Positions 10,921-21,474 are shown, counted from the stretch's first letter. The stretch: DNA of 64,000 nt from Candidatus Cloacimonadales bacterium (GCA_963678315.1 OY782781.1:1280001-1344000), one strand, 5' to 3'. Translations and numbers: made by a program. Notes: generated by a model from the letters alone, not told the origin.

Positions 10921-12957
10921 CTATTTTGTTCCTCTTAGTTTCTTGATAGTCTCTTCAATATCATATACTGCGGCTACACTGCAAGCTTGAGCAGGTGAGC
11001 CCTTTGGAAAGTGAGGTTTACCTCCATCCCAAACAGCTGCGATAGTTGCAATATATCCTTTTTTATATTCAGTAACGAATTTATCAGTAATCTTTTCTAA
11101 TCCGCTTGCTAATTGCTCTTTATCCAAAGTATCTCTGAATAGCTTAAGGTAGACTGAAACATATGGCCATAGTAGCCATGCCCAAACAGTACCTTGATGA
11201 TAGGCTCTGTCTCTGTCATTTATTGTTCCATAATAGGTTCTTTTGAACTTATGGTGGTGTGGAGTAATTGTTCTTAAACCATAGTCTGTAAGTAATTCGT
11301 TAGTAGCTCTTTCATAGATTTTTTGAGTTTGACTCTTATCTAGAATAGAGTGCTTTAATCCAGCAGCAATAACTGCATTAGGTCTGAACTCTTCAACAGC
11401 TTTTCCTTCTACAATTCTGTCACAAAGTGTATCATTTACCCAGAAGCTTTCAAGTGATTTTGCTAAAGTATTAGTGTAATTATCTAGGTTAAACTTAGCT
11501 TTGCACTTCTTCTTAGATTTAGAAATCTTATTACAATGTTCAATCATCTCCTGATAACTCTTAAGAGCTTCGTACCAAAGGAAGTTAATTTCAACAGGAG
11601 CTCCGTCACGTGGTGTTACAGCCTGCCCATTAATTTTCACATCCATCCAAGTAGCTGAGGCGTATTTTGCTTTAATGTTAATTAAGTTATTATCATCGAT
11701 GAAGAACATTTCTTGGTCATCATTTAGATAGTTAAGAATGATGTTTTCTGTGATTTTCAGTATATCCTTGCAAACAGTGATTTTGTTCTTTATCATGGCA
11801 TACTTTCTTAATAGCATAATGTAATACAAGCTAGAATCCACAGATTCATAATTGCCATAAGATCCTGTTTCAGGGAACATATTCGGGATAAGACCATTTT
11901 TGATATGCTCATTGTATCTAAAGATAATCTTTTCTGCATGATCAAAGAATTTAGGCTGTTTTATCATTGCACTTAGTACAAGAATTGAATCTCTTCCCCA
12001 AGGACCAAACCAAGGGTAACCAGCTATAATATCATTTTCTGTAATAAAGTCTTGCAGGCTAAACTCTAATAGCTTTTCAACATCATTTCTAGAATATATA
12101 TCATTGTCGTTAAAATCTAAATTAAGAATATCAAAATTCTTGTAATTATCTGGATAATCTCTAGCTTTAGGTAGTTCTGAATATCGTTCTTCAATTCTAG
12201 ATCTCATATCCTCGAAAGAGTCTATAGTTTGGTCACTAAAAAGAATATCGACTTCTTCGTTTCTATCTAGTTGCAAGGATATTCTATAAGGACTTGCTAA
12301 ATCTCCAGTACAATCATAACCTAACATTGATTCCCAAGGATAGAAGATTTTGTTATAAACAAGGAAGTCTTCTTTGATTTTACCTTTAGATGTCATACAA
12401 AATAGTTCTGTTCCATTCGAAATACGCTGGATATGAGCACCATATAGATTGTATTCTTGAGCTATAGATGTACTAAAATCATTATCATTCAGAGTATGTG
12501 GGTGGTTTAAAAAGTGGTGGTTTACCATGCTAAGCTTAGGCCTAAGTCTCATATGAATCAAGTGTTTTGACAAGTTCTTATATCTAATAAGAATTGTGTT
12601 TGTTTCAGAATCCATCATAATCGATTTTCTTATAAGAATATCATTGTTGTGTGGTAAGGAAGAGTAGAGGAAGACAGGATAAGGTCTTAACCATGATTTT
12701 ACTAAATGTAGGAATCCTTCAGGATAGATACAGTTTTCATAGTTATTACTATCCAGAAATATTTTTTCTCCTCTCCATTCTATACTTTCTTCAATTGAGT
12801 TTAGTAATGCGTTTCTGTTTAATTTATTATCAGATGCTGTAAGCAATGTGTGGTATTTACGTTGATTTATCAAGTTACCAGTTCCTAATGCATAAGATCC
12901 ATTTTTATTCGTCAATATCCATTCGTGATGTTGTGTCTCAAGAAAATAATCAGACAT
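10921..12957 (-). CDS. Amylo-alpha-1,6-glucosidase / glycogen debranching enzyme (GH133), possibly catalytically impaired
   Basis: EWILTN.NGSYA, IIAGYPWFGPWGRD, TWMD, PRDGAPVEIN, AYHQGTVWAW. Confidence 0.85.
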   Translation of the reverse strand: MSDYFLETQHHEWILTNKNGSYALGTGNLINQRKYHTLLTASDNKLNRNALLNSIEESIEWRGEKIFLDSNNYENCIYPEGFLHLVKSWLRPYPVFLYSSLPHNNDILIRKSIMMDSETNTILIRYKNLSKHLIHMRLRPKLSMVNHHFLNHPHTLNDNDFSTSIAQEYNLYGAHIQRISNGTELFCMTSKGKIKEDFLVYNKIFYPWESMLGYDCTGDLASPYRISLQLDRNEEVDILFSDQTIDSFEDMRSRIEERYSELPKARDYPDNYKNFDILNLDFNDNDIYSRNDVEKLLEFSLQDFITENDIIAGYPWFGPWGRDSILVLSAMIKQPKFFDHAEKIIFRYNEHIKNGLIPNMFPETGSYGNYESVDSSLYYIMLLRKYAMIKNKITVCKDILKITENIILNYLNDDQEMFFIDDNNLINIKAKYASATWMDVKINGQAVTPRDGAPVEINFLWYEALKSYQEMIEHCNKISKSKKKCKAKFNLDNYTNTLAKSLESFWVNDTLCDRIVEGKAVEEFRPNAVIAAGLKHSILDKSQTQKIYERATNELLTDYGLRTITPHHHKFKRTYYGTINDRDRAYHQGTVWAWLLWPYVSVYLKLFRDTLDKEQLASGLEKITDKFVTEYKKGYIATIAAVWDGGKPHFPKGSPAQACSVAAVYDIEETIKKLRGTK

Positions 12958-13169
12958 AATATCTCCTCAAATCAAAATGCTTTACACAAAGTTAAGTACA
13001 AGTGTTAAGATTAGTCAAGAACTTTAACAATAATTTATCTTAACTAATGACATTTAGCAATGGCTAATGATATTTGGGTAATAATGAAAATGATTCATTC
13101 TTAATATAATACTTGCCAAGTTTCTTTTATAATGTTATCTTAGCACAAAATTAACAAAGAGAGTAAGGT

Positions 13170-14810
13170 ATGTTAAAACAAAACTATGTTAAATATTTTG
13201 AAGATGCAATAAAAAAGCACTGGGATTTGCCTGCTTTTTCAAATGTAGAAGATCATCCTTTTTACTTCAAAGATGTAGCTAGCAGGATAATCTGGCTTCA
13301 TAAAGTTCTTGATAAATGTGGAATCAAACGTGGAGATAAAGTAGCTTTAGTTGGTAAGAATTCAGCACATTGGGCAATCTCTTATCTTGCGATAACAACA
13401 TATGGAGCTGTTGTTGTTCCTATTCTACCTAACTTTACCCCAAGTGATATGACCCATATTGTTAATCATTCTGAAGCAAAAATGATTTTTGTAGGCAACT
13501 CAATCTTCGATAATATAGAAGAAGAAAACCTTCCAAAACTTCAGATAGTTATTCATTTAGACACATTTACTCTTGTTGATACTTCGAAAGAAATAGAAAA
13601 TACATCTTCAATCAAAGAATCATTAAAAGAATACAATGAAGTTTCTAAAGATAAGTTTTCTTTACCGAAGGATATTTCAAATAAAGAACTTGGTGAAATT
13701 ATATACACCTCAGGCACAACAGGCTTTACTAAAGGAGTTATGCTTCCTCTAAATAGCTTGATAACTAATGTTGTGGTGGCTGATGAAATGCTTTCATTTA
13801 GAACAGGTTCAAACATGCTTTCATTCTTGCCTTTATCACATGCTTATGCTTGTGCTTTTGATTTCCTCTATCCATTTACTCGTGGTGTACACATCCATTT
13901 CTTAGGCAAAATACCTTCACCTAAGCTACTTCTTAAACATCTCAAAGCAGTTAAGCCTGAAATGATAATGTCTGTTCCTCTAATCCTAGAAAAGATAATT
14001 ATAAAGAATGTATTCCCAATGTTTGAGAAGAAACTTATTAGAGCCTTATCGAAACTCCCTGGTGTTAAACATGTTATATACAATAAAATAAAACAGCAAC
14101 TTCTTAGTGTTTTTGGTGGTTCTCTAGAAGAGATGATAATTGGTGGAGCTCCATTAAATTCAGAGGTAGAAAAATTCCTTAAAGAAATCAAATTTCCATT
14201 TACTATTGGTTATGGTATGAGTGAATGTGGTCCACTAATTTCCTATACAGGATGGAAGAATCACAAATATAGAAGTGCTGGGCAGAGAGTTAACTATTTA
14301 CAAGCAAAGATAGATTCACCTGATGGTAAGAATATTCCTGGTAACATTTTAGTTAAAGGTGAGCAGCTTATGTATGGCTACTACAAGAATGATGAAGCTA
14401 CAGCTGAAGTAATAGATAAGGATGGTTGGTTAAATACCGGTGATATAGGTCTTATTGATGATGAAGATTTCATCTTTATTAAAGGACGTTCTAAGTCTTT
14501 AATCTTGGGACCTTCTGGTGAAAATATCTATCCTGAAGCTATCGAACAAACATTTAATACTTACTCATTTATCCAAGAATCATTACTTCTACAACGTGAT
14601 AATAAACTTGTGATTCATGTCTTTCCTGACTTTGATGAAGCTGATAAAAAAGCTATTTCTGAAAAGATGTTCCCTAAAATCATGGAACAAAATAAAGCTA
14701 CTTATAATCAAACAGCCCCTGCTTATGCCAAGATATCTAAAATAACTATAGTGGCTGAAGCTTTTCAAAAAACACCAACCCAGAAGATTAAACGCTATCT
14801 ATATAAATAG
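13170..14810 (+). CDS. fadD: Long-chain fatty acid--CoA ligase (AMP-binding)
   Basis: IIYTSGTTGFTKG, GYGMSECGP, WLNTGDIG, GENIYPE, C-terminal KTPTQKIKR. Confidence 0.85.
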   Translation: MLKQNYVKYFEDAIKKHWDLPAFSNVEDHPFYFKDVASRIIWLHKVLDKCGIKRGDKVALVGKNSAHWAISYLAITTYGAVVVPILPNFTPSDMTHIVNHSEAKMIFVGNSIFDNIEEENLPKLQIVIHLDTFTLVDTSKEIENTSSIKESLKEYNEVSKDKFSLPKDISNKELGEIIYTSGTTGFTKGVMLPLNSLITNVVVADEMLSFRTGSNMLSFLPLSHAYACAFDFLYPFTRGVHIHFLGKIPSPKLLLKHLKAVKPEMIMSVPLILEKIIIKNVFPMFEKKLIRALSKLPGVKHVIYNKIKQQLLSVFGGSLEEMIIGGAPLNSEVEKFLKEIKFPFTIGYGMSECGPLISYTGWKNHKYRSAGQRVNYLQAKIDSPDGKNIPGNILVKGEQLMYGYYKNDEATAEVIDKDGWLNTGDIGLIDDEDFIFIKGRSKSLILGPSGENIYPEAIEQTFNTYSFIQESLLLQRDNKLVIHVFPDFDEADKKAISEKMFPKIMEQNKATYNQTAPAYAKISKITIVAEAFQKTPTQKIKRYLYK

Positions 14811-14870
14811 ATTTTTCTAAGCAGATTTTTTGTTATCAATCAGTCTGCATTTTTATTTAAACAATAATTT

Positions 14871-14906
14871 TAGCTTTCTTTATATAAAAAGAGAGCTATT
14901 TTTTTT
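14871..14906 (+). terminator. Rho-independent terminator after fadD
   Basis: TAGCTTTCTT / AAGAGAGCTA stem followed by T8. Confidence 0.55.
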
Positions 14907-14990
14907 ATTTAGAATTACACTTTTCTTGACTAATTTTTAACAATCAGGCTATCTTGACATAGAAAAAACATTATTCAGGAGAATAGAAAT

Positions 14991-16064
14991 ATGTATCGTT
15001 TTAGAAAAGACTTAGAGTCAAAGAAAGCTGTGGAAATCAATGTTCCACATAAAGATATAATGATGTGCTTAAATGAAAGTACATTAAATCCCTTCGAAGC
15101 TGTAAAAGATCAGTTACTTGAAAACCTTAAAAGTGTTGAGTTAAATAGATACTTCAATGACATCACCCCAAGACTTCGTGAAAGTTTAGCAGAATATGTA
15201 GGACATGGAATTAAAGCTTCTCAAATCTTGTTTGGTAATGGTGCTGATGAAATGCTTTATTACATTTTTACTTCAGTTAGAGAGAATGAAGATTCTTATG
15301 CTGTATCTTTAGCTCCTTCTTATTTTGATTATAAGAGCTATTCAGATGCAGTAGGACTCGGGGTTGAAATGATTGATTTGAATGAAGATTTTAATTTCTC
15401 AACAGAAGATTACTTAGAGAAGGTTAATCATCCAAACTGTAAACTAGCTATTCTATGCAATCCTAATAACCCTACAGGCAATATGATTCCTGACAAAAAG
15501 ATTGTACATATATTAGATAATACTGATAAACTTGTGCTCTTAGATGAAACTTATTTTGAATTTTCAAAAAATACTTTTGCTGATGTTCTTCATAAATATC
15601 CTAATCTAGTTATTGTACGCTCTTTCTCAAAAGCTTTTTCTGTAGCTGGACTCCGTTTCGGTTATCTTATTACATCTGAAGAGAATGCAGTAGAACTAAA
15701 CAAAGTTATGCCAGCTTTCCATAGTTCATTAATGATTCAAACTTTTGCATATACAATTATCCAAAATAAAGAGATATTCTTGAATCATACAGCTAATGTT
15801 ATCGAACTTAGAAATGAACTTTATGAATGGTTGGTTGAAAAAGAGTATGTAACAACTTATAAGACTAAAACTAATTTCTTAGTTTTTACTATTGGTCAAC
15901 CTACAGCAGATCTCTTCAACTATCTCTCAGATAATGAAATTGCTCTAAGACCAGTCTGGGCTCACCCAATCCTTAAAGACCATATCAGAATTTCTATTGG
16001 TACTAAAGAAGAAATCGAAAGATTCAAAGAACTTTTCCTTGAATTTATAGAAAAAATATACTAG
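14991..16064 (+). CDS. hisC: Histidinol-phosphate aminotransferase (class I/II PLP enzyme)
   Basis: LNES, GNGADE, CNPNNPTG, DETYFEF, RSFSKAFSVAGLRFGY, IRISIG. Confidence 0.8.
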   Translation: MYRFRKDLESKKAVEINVPHKDIMMCLNESTLNPFEAVKDQLLENLKSVELNRYFNDITPRLRESLAEYVGHGIKASQILFGNGADEMLYYIFTSVRENEDSYAVSLAPSYFDYKSYSDAVGLGVEMIDLNEDFNFSTEDYLEKVNHPNCKLAILCNPNNPTGNMIPDKKIVHILDNTDKLVLLDETYFEFSKNTFADVLHKYPNLVIVRSFSKAFSVAGLRFGYLITSEENAVELNKVMPAFHSSLMIQTFAYTIIQNKEIFLNHTANVIELRNELYEWLVEKEYVTTYKTKTNFLVFTIGQPTADLFNYLSDNEIALRPVWAHPILKDHIRISIGTKEEIERFKELFLEFIEKIY

Positions 16065-16084
16065 TTGATAAATCAATATATATA

Positions 16085-16111
16085 GCCCCTTCTTTGTAAG
16101 GGGGTTTTTTT
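16085..16111 (+). terminator. Rho-independent terminator after hisC
   Basis: CCCCTT-ctttgt-AAGGGG stem then a T-run. Confidence 0.7.
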
Positions 16112-16112
16112 A

Positions 16113-16510
16113 TTGGGACTGTAAGCTTCCAGCTTACAAAAAATACCTTTTGTGTAAGCATGAACTTTTAGTTCAGCCTATCGGAGGATGCTCTCACTCC
16201 AACAACGCACTAGGATTGTAGCCTTCTCTGGCTACGAAAAGTGCTTTTGGCTTGAAAGCACTCCTGCTTGAGAAGGTGTTTTAAATGTTAATCTATTCAT
16301 AAATTACTCTTGTTATCTTGAAGGGATTTATTATCCAAAGCCTAACTTTTAAAAGCTAGGTAAATAAAATTATGAATGTTGTTAGTGCTGAAAGTACTTA
16401 CCTGATCGTGCTATATGAGAAGTCCCTAAAGGACTACTAATGCATAGTTAAATCTCTACCCATGATTGAAATCATGGGCTTTGGATAATGTACCCTTTCA
16501 GGGTATTTTA
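16113..16510. repeat. Intergenic mosaic A of REP-like hairpins
   Basis: Hairpins at 16121-16137, 16218-16235, 16421-16435, 16459-16478 and 16491-16505. Shares modules with 17.6-18.1 kb, 35.4-35.7 kb and 56.6-57.0 kb. Confidence 0.75.
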
Positions 16511-16561
16511 GACAGCACTCATTCTGAAAGTAATTTATCAGATTGCCCTCTTACTCCAAAC

Positions 16562-16590
16562 AAAAAAAGCAGGCAATTTCTTACCTGCTT
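16562..16590 (-). terminator. Rho-independent terminator of the parvulin gene
   Basis: AAGCAGG...CCTGCTT stem with an A-run on the plus strand (U-tract on minus). Confidence 0.65.
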
Positions 16591-16619
16591 ATAGCATATA
16601 TATGTTGGTTGTTTTGTTC

Positions 16620-17366
16620 TTATTTATATTCGATTGTATATTTCTTTTGAAGTTCTTCAACTTTAGCAACGTAAACTTCACGTTGTTTAACAGTTGTAAG
16701 TTCATTAGTGATAGTTTGTTTAACTTGATCAAGTTCTACATCTTGAGCTTCTTTTTTATCATCAAGTTTGATAATATGGTAACCGAATTGAGTTTTAACA
16801 GGTTCAGAGATTTCACCAACTTTCATTTCGAAAGCAGCTTGTTCGAATTCAGGAACCATTCTACCTTTACCAAAATAACCTAAAGAACCACCATTATCTT
16901 TTGATGGACAGCTTGAATTTTCTTTAGCTGCAGTAGCAAAATCAAGTTCATTAGCCATGATTTTGTTGTATACTTCTTTGATAGCTGCTTCATCATCCAT
17001 TAAGATGTGGCTTGCTGAAATTTCTTCATCTTTTTTATATTTAGCTTTATTTGCTTCAAAGTGTTGAGAAATTTCTTCTTCAGAAACTTTTGCTGAAACT
17101 AATATATTATTAATATTGATTTGAGTCATTACAGTTTCTTTTAATCTATCTAATTCAACTTGAAAAGCTTCTGTTTCATCTATTTTTTGGTCAATAGCAT
17201 CAGCTAATAGTAATTTTTGATTAACTAATTCAGTTAAAATTTGAGCTCTACCTTGTTCATTGTTGAACTGAGCACTGCGTTGTGGTCCTAATTGTTGTAG
17301 GAACATATCTACATCGTGGTTAGTAACTTCTTTACCATTAACTACTGCTAAAACTTTGTTTTCCAT
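16620..17366 (-). CDS. PrsA/PpiC (parvulin) peptidyl-prolyl isomerase without signal peptide
   Basis: [45 protein letters not shown]. Starts directly at [11 protein letters not shown]. Confidence 0.9.
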   Translation of the reverse strand: MENKVLAVVNGKEVTNHDVDMFLQQLGPQRSAQFNNEQGRAQILTELVNQKLLLADAIDQKIDETEAFQVELDRLKETVMTQININNILVSAKVSEEEISQHFEANKAKYKKDEEISASHILMDDEAAIKEVYNKIMANELDFATAAKENSSCPSKDNGGSLGYFGKGRMVPEFEQAAFEMKVGEISEPVKTQFGYHIIKLDDKKEAQDVELDQVKQTITNELTTVKQREVYVAKVEELQKKYTIEYK

Positions 17367-17633
17367 TATTTTCTCCTCAGGTTTATATCATATCTGTATG
17401 TAAAGAAAATTTAATAGCTATATCTGTCAAATTATTTATTTTATATTTTAGCAAACGATTGATGCAACTGCTAGAAATATTAGCAATGGGCTAGCTTTTT
17501 TTTGTCACAGAATCATACTTACTGTCATTAATAATAGGGCTAAATCCCTTTGTTTAGGCTCTATTGGGAAAGACGTCAGCATTTTTCCACTTAATTTCTC
17601 TTTGCTAGCTAGCACCGACAGAAACTCTTGTCT

Positions 17634-18118
17634 AACTCCTTCCTTACTTGCCTCATTGAAAAAAAGCCGATTTTTCAAGGAGGCAAGTAAGGGATGAGTT
17701 AGGAGTTAGGAGTGAGAAGTGAGGAGTTGCTATCCATAAAAACCCCGAAGGGGTGGCATATACTAAGCATGGAGGCTTGCCCTCCATGTAATAGTTAAGA
17801 AATAAAAAAAGCCCTGAAAGGGCGACATAAAGGCTAAGCTTTATCTGCAAACAGAGAAGTTTACCACGAAAAGCACGAATAACACGAAAAACAGTCAAAT
17901 TATTTAGGACTGGACAGACATACTAGGATCGCCAGCCTGTGAGCTGGCTTCACTTAGAACGTAGTTATAAGTGAATTCGTAGAGCCGTTCGGAAGAACGT
18001 CTCAGATACAAGCTATAAGCTTGTGTACCCAGAGGAAATTTGTAGAGACGTTTGGAAAAACATCTCGAAAAGGAGTGTATGCATCCACAGGTAGGTTGAA
18101 CGAAGTTCATGCTTAAGC
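17634..18118. repeat. Intergenic mosaic B of REP-like hairpins and short tandem repeats
   Basis: 51-bp palindrome 17642-17692; AGGAGT(T/G) heptamers 17694-17728; CCCCGAAGGGG and GCCCTGAAAGGGC hairpins; CACGAA 9-mers 17863-17889; 61-bp module 17917-17977; GTAG hairpins at 17979, 18042 and 18091. Confidence 0.8.
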
Positions 18119-18221
18119 AAAGGTAAGAACAATTTAAATACGAAGGGTCTTCATCTAATGCAATCAATAAGTTTACTGTCCTCGAGTGTTTAGAACAAAA
18201 ATCAAATAATACAAAAGCATC

Positions 18222-18251
18222 TTGACAGAATAAACAGTCATAAGTTATTAT
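18222..18251 (+). promoter_or_regulatory. Sigma70-type promoter of glyQ
   Basis: TTGACA (18222-18227), 18-nt spacer, TATTAT (18246-18251); AGGAG RBS before ATG 18283. Confidence 0.55.
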
Positions 18252-18282
18252 ACAAAAAATTAAAATATTTTTAGGAGAAAAG

Positions 18283-19134
18283 ATGAATTTTCAGGATATA
18301 ATTCTTACATTACAAAGCTATTGGGCAAAACAGGGCTGCAATATAATCCAGCCGTATGATGTTGAAATGGGAGCAGGTACTTTCCATCCTGAAACTTTTT
18401 TTGGTTCTTTAGGCGAAAAGAATACAAAAGTAGCTTATGCACAGCCATGCAGACGTCCTAAAGATGGTAGATATGGAGACAATCCCAATAGATTACAACA
18501 TTATTACCAATTTCAGGTAATTCTAAAACCATCTCCTGATGATGTACAGAATTTATATTTAAGAAGTCTAGAAGCAATTGGAGTTGATGTAAAAAAACAT
18601 GACATTCGTTTTGTTGAAGACGATTGGGAATCTCCAACATTAGGAGCTTGGGGACTTGGTTGGGAAGTATGGCTTGACGGTATGGAAATCAGTCAATTTA
18701 CATATTTCCAACAAGTTGGTGGTCTAGACTGTTCTCCAATAAGTGTTGAATTAACTTATGGATTGGAAAGACTTGCAATGTATATTCAAGCTGTTGAAGA
18801 TTACAAAGACTTACAGTGGAATGACACAACAAAATATGGAGATATCTTCTATCAAAGAGAAAAGGAATATTCACACTTTAATTTTGACCATGCAAATGTA
18901 GATCATATGTTTAAGTCGTTTGATGAATATGAAGCAGAGTGTCACAGATTAGTTGCAGAAAAACTAGTTTTCCCGGCTTATGATTACCTTTTGAAATGTT
19001 CTCACTCATTCAATTTACTAGATGCACGTGGCGTAATTTCTGTTACAGAAAGAGCTAATTATATTGGAAAGATTAGAAGAATGGCTAAAGCGTGTGCTGA
19101 GCAGTACTTAGAAAATCAACAAAAGGAGAATTAA
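18283..19134 (+). CDS. glyQ: Glycine--tRNA ligase alpha subunit
   Basis: [67 protein letters not shown]. Confidence 0.98.
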   Translation: MNFQDIILTLQSYWAKQGCNIIQPYDVEMGAGTFHPETFFGSLGEKNTKVAYAQPCRRPKDGRYGDNPNRLQHYYQFQVILKPSPDDVQNLYLRSLEAIGVDVKKHDIRFVEDDWESPTLGAWGLGWEVWLDGMEISQFTYFQQVGGLDCSPISVELTYGLERLAMYIQAVEDYKDLQWNDTTKYGDIFYQREKEYSHFNFDHANVDHMFKSFDEYEAECHRLVAEKLVFPAYDYLLKCSHSFNLLDARGVISVTERANYIGKIRRMAKACAEQYLENQQKEN

Positions 19135-19919
19135 TGTTAAACGCTTTATTTGAGATTAGATTTTCTACTCCAATAATTGCTACAGCTATTCACAATGGAC
19201 ATTTAGTCAGAAAAGGATTAAGAGAAAATCTGCTTATTTCAACTGATGACAGAAGAAGAGAAGAAGATCCTTATACAAATAGTATTATCAGATCTTTTGA
19301 GAATAGAATAGTTGTAAATACTTCAAGATTTGAAATAGATTTAAATAGAAGAAGAGAAAAAGCTGTTTATCAAGAAGCTGAAGATTGTTGGGGTTTGGAT
19401 GTTTGGAAAAAACCTCTTACTAAAGAAGAAATTGACAAATCTCTTCAAGAATACGACTTCTTCTATAGAAGAATTGATAGAATAATTGCTGAATTGATTG
19501 AGACATTTGGCTTTGCAATTCTTCTTGATGTTCACTCTTACAATCATCATAGATTAGGTTTTGATCAACCTTATGATTGTATAGAAGAAAATCCACAAGT
19601 TATACTAGGCACAAACAATATGCCTAAACATTATAAGACAATTGTAGAAAAATTAAATGATAAATTTTCAGAAAAGACATTCTTAGGGGAACCTCTTGAT
19701 TGCCGTATGGATGTAAAATTCCCTGGTGGAAACTTAACAAGACATCTTCATAGAAAATTCCCTAACAAAGTCTTCGCTCTTGCTATAGAGTTTAAAAAGA
19801 CTTATATGGATGAATGGTCTGGTGAGCTCTACAAGGATATATTAGAGGAGCTTATTGGTTCATTACACTCAATTATTGGTTCACTGCAAGAAATTACTGC
19901 AGAAGACTTAGAGGGATAA
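19134..19919 (+). CDS. N-formylglutamate amidohydrolase family protein
   Basis: AIHNGH, REEDPYT, SRFEIDLNR, DVHSYNH, AIEFKK. Confidence 0.8.
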   Translation: MLNALFEIRFSTPIIATAIHNGHLVRKGLRENLLISTDDRRREEDPYTNSIIRSFENRIVVNTSRFEIDLNRRREKAVYQEAEDCWGLDVWKKPLTKEEIDKSLQEYDFFYRRIDRIIAELIETFGFAILLDVHSYNHHRLGFDQPYDCIEENPQVILGTNNMPKHYKTIVEKLNDKFSEKTFLGEPLDCRMDVKFPGGNLTRHLHRKFPNKVFALAIEFKKTYMDEWSGELYKDILEELIGSLHSIIGSLQEITAEDLEG

Positions 19920-19932
19920 CTTATACATTTTA

Positions 19933-21474
19933 ATGAGACTACATAGAACTCAAATATTAGTACTTTTAATTATATTCACTTCTTTATTAACAGCTAGAGA
20001 AGTGAATATCTTTTTTTTGGTACATGGTTTATACAGCTCAAATAGCTATTGGTCAGATTTGATTGAGTCTGATAGATTTGAACAAGCGAATTATTACTTT
20101 GCTGGAAACTTTGATGTTGATGAAAACCTTTTTAGACAAGATGAGTACATTGTTACACCTGACTTTGATCAAGATATTGATAGTCTACTAAAGAATCACC
20201 AAGATTTAGTATTCACAATAAACTTCTCTTCTGGATTTAGAAATAGCTTTAAACAACAAGCTAATCAGATTGGGCAAGTGTTAAAGATGATTCCTGATTC
20301 AACTAACTACCATGTATATTTGGTAGGACACTCCATGGGAGGTCTAGCCAGTAGGTGCAATGTAACGACTAATCTAGACCATGATGTAGATGGTTTAATT
20401 ACTATTGGCACACCTAATTTAGGTTCATATTTAGGTAATACTTCAAGTGGGCTTACAGGCTTTATTGGACGATTCTTTGAAGCTTTGGAAAGGCCTGATA
20501 ACATACTAACTGGCCTTTCTAGAATATGGAAGGATAATGACAAAAATGTTACTCCCGAACTATCACCTCAAAGTGCTGATTTAATGAAGTTAAATTCTTT
20601 TGCCTTTCCTGATTCAATCAAAAGCATATCCATATTCTCTACTATTAATACCAAAGATGAAATTGAAGGACTAAGTGATTCAGAGAGATTAGTTCATCAA
20701 GTTCTTCAAGTAGAAAAACTCAAGTCATTTGATTCGCTAAATCCGAAAGATATTGAGATTACTAAGCTTTATAACGATTTGTATTATAATGATGGCATTG
20801 TGGCTATCACTTCCCAGAATATTCAAAATGCAATCCCTAACAAATATGACATTGAAGCTCACCATATCCCTACTAGAGTTTATCATGATCATGAGCCAAT
20901 GGATTTCAATCATATAATTCCTGCTATGCAAATAATAACACAAAAACACAAAAGTAGGAACTATAATATATTCATTTACTCTACAACTGCTGAAGTAATT
21001 AACAATAATGATTTCCGTGGTTTATTGGAGCTCTTCCATGAAAAGATTGATTTTAAAAGTACTTTTGTAATTGACGATTCAAGTGGCTATTACCCTATAT
21101 ATTATGATAAAGACATTATCTATTATGATTATGGTTTGTTTCTTGTAGATGATAACGAAAAACTAGATATGATAGCATCTAAAATCGAAAATATGAAAGA
21201 GTTTCCTATTATCATAAACTTCTCAGAGAAAAACAATATATCTAAATTTCACGGTAAAGATTGTATCTATGTTAAAGTGGATTCAATTGATGAAGCAGAA
21301 AAATTTTCTAAGTTCTTAATTGATATGCTTAGTGGAAAAATCCATGTGAAAGAAGATGAAATCTATAAAGTAAAAGAACCGATTATACGTTACTACTTTT
21401 CAGATTCGAATATGACAGAAAGACTAAAAATCCCAACCCAATGGTGGAAAGATCATTTAATGTTTTTCCAATAA
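19933..21474 (+). CDS. Secreted alpha/beta hydrolase (lipase/PGAP1-like)
   Basis: Signal peptide, LVHGL oxyanion motif, VGHSMGGL nucleophile elbow, TIGTPNLGS, NDGIV. Confidence 0.75.
   Translation: MRLHRTQILVLLIIFTSLLTAREVNIFFLVHGLYSSNSYWSDLIESDRFEQANYYFAGNFDVDENLFRQDEYIVTPDFDQDIDSLLKNHQDLVFTINFSSGFRNSFKQQANQIGQVLKMIPDSTNYHVYLVGHSMGGLASRCNVTTNLDHDVDGLITIGTPNLGSYLGNTSSGLTGFIGRFFEALERPDNILTGLSRIWKDNDKNVTPELSPQSADLMKLNSFAFPDSIKSISIFSTINTKDEIEGLSDSERLVHQVLQVEKLKSFDSLNPKDIEITKLYNDLYYNDGIVAITSQNIQNAIPNKYDIEAHHIPTRVYHDHEPMDFNHIIPAMQIITQKHKSRNYNIFIYSTTAEVINNNDFRGLLELFHEKIDFKSTFVIDDSSGYYPIYYDKDIIYYDYGLFLVDDNEKLDMIASKIENMKEFPIIINFSEKNNISKFHGKDCIYVKVDSIDEAEKFSKFLIDMLSGKIHVKEDEIYKVKEPIIRYYFSDSNMTERLKIPTQWWKDHLMFFQ

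Noticed and set aside
13083..13099. AATGAA-N5-TTCATT upstream of fadD as a site for the FadR-like TetR
   Set aside because: Short AT-rich palindrome in an AT-rich genome; spacing differs from the Bacillus FadR box and no convincing second copy was seen.
16113..18118. Possible CRISPR array
   Set aside because: No constant repeat with regular unique spacers, and no cas genes.
17653..18167. ORFs 17653-17898 and 17904-18167 (minus)
   Set aside because: They are translations of the repeat mosaic (FRVIRAFRG and heptamer-derived peptides), with no recognisable domain.
17400..18282. Possible T-box leader upstream of glyQ
   Set aside because: No T-box consensus seen; a sigma70 promoter lies about 30 nt before the start, leaving no room for a leader.
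21453..21474. 22-bp tail-to-tail overlap of the hydrolase gene and nadD
   Set aside because: Short convergent overlaps are common and imply no function.
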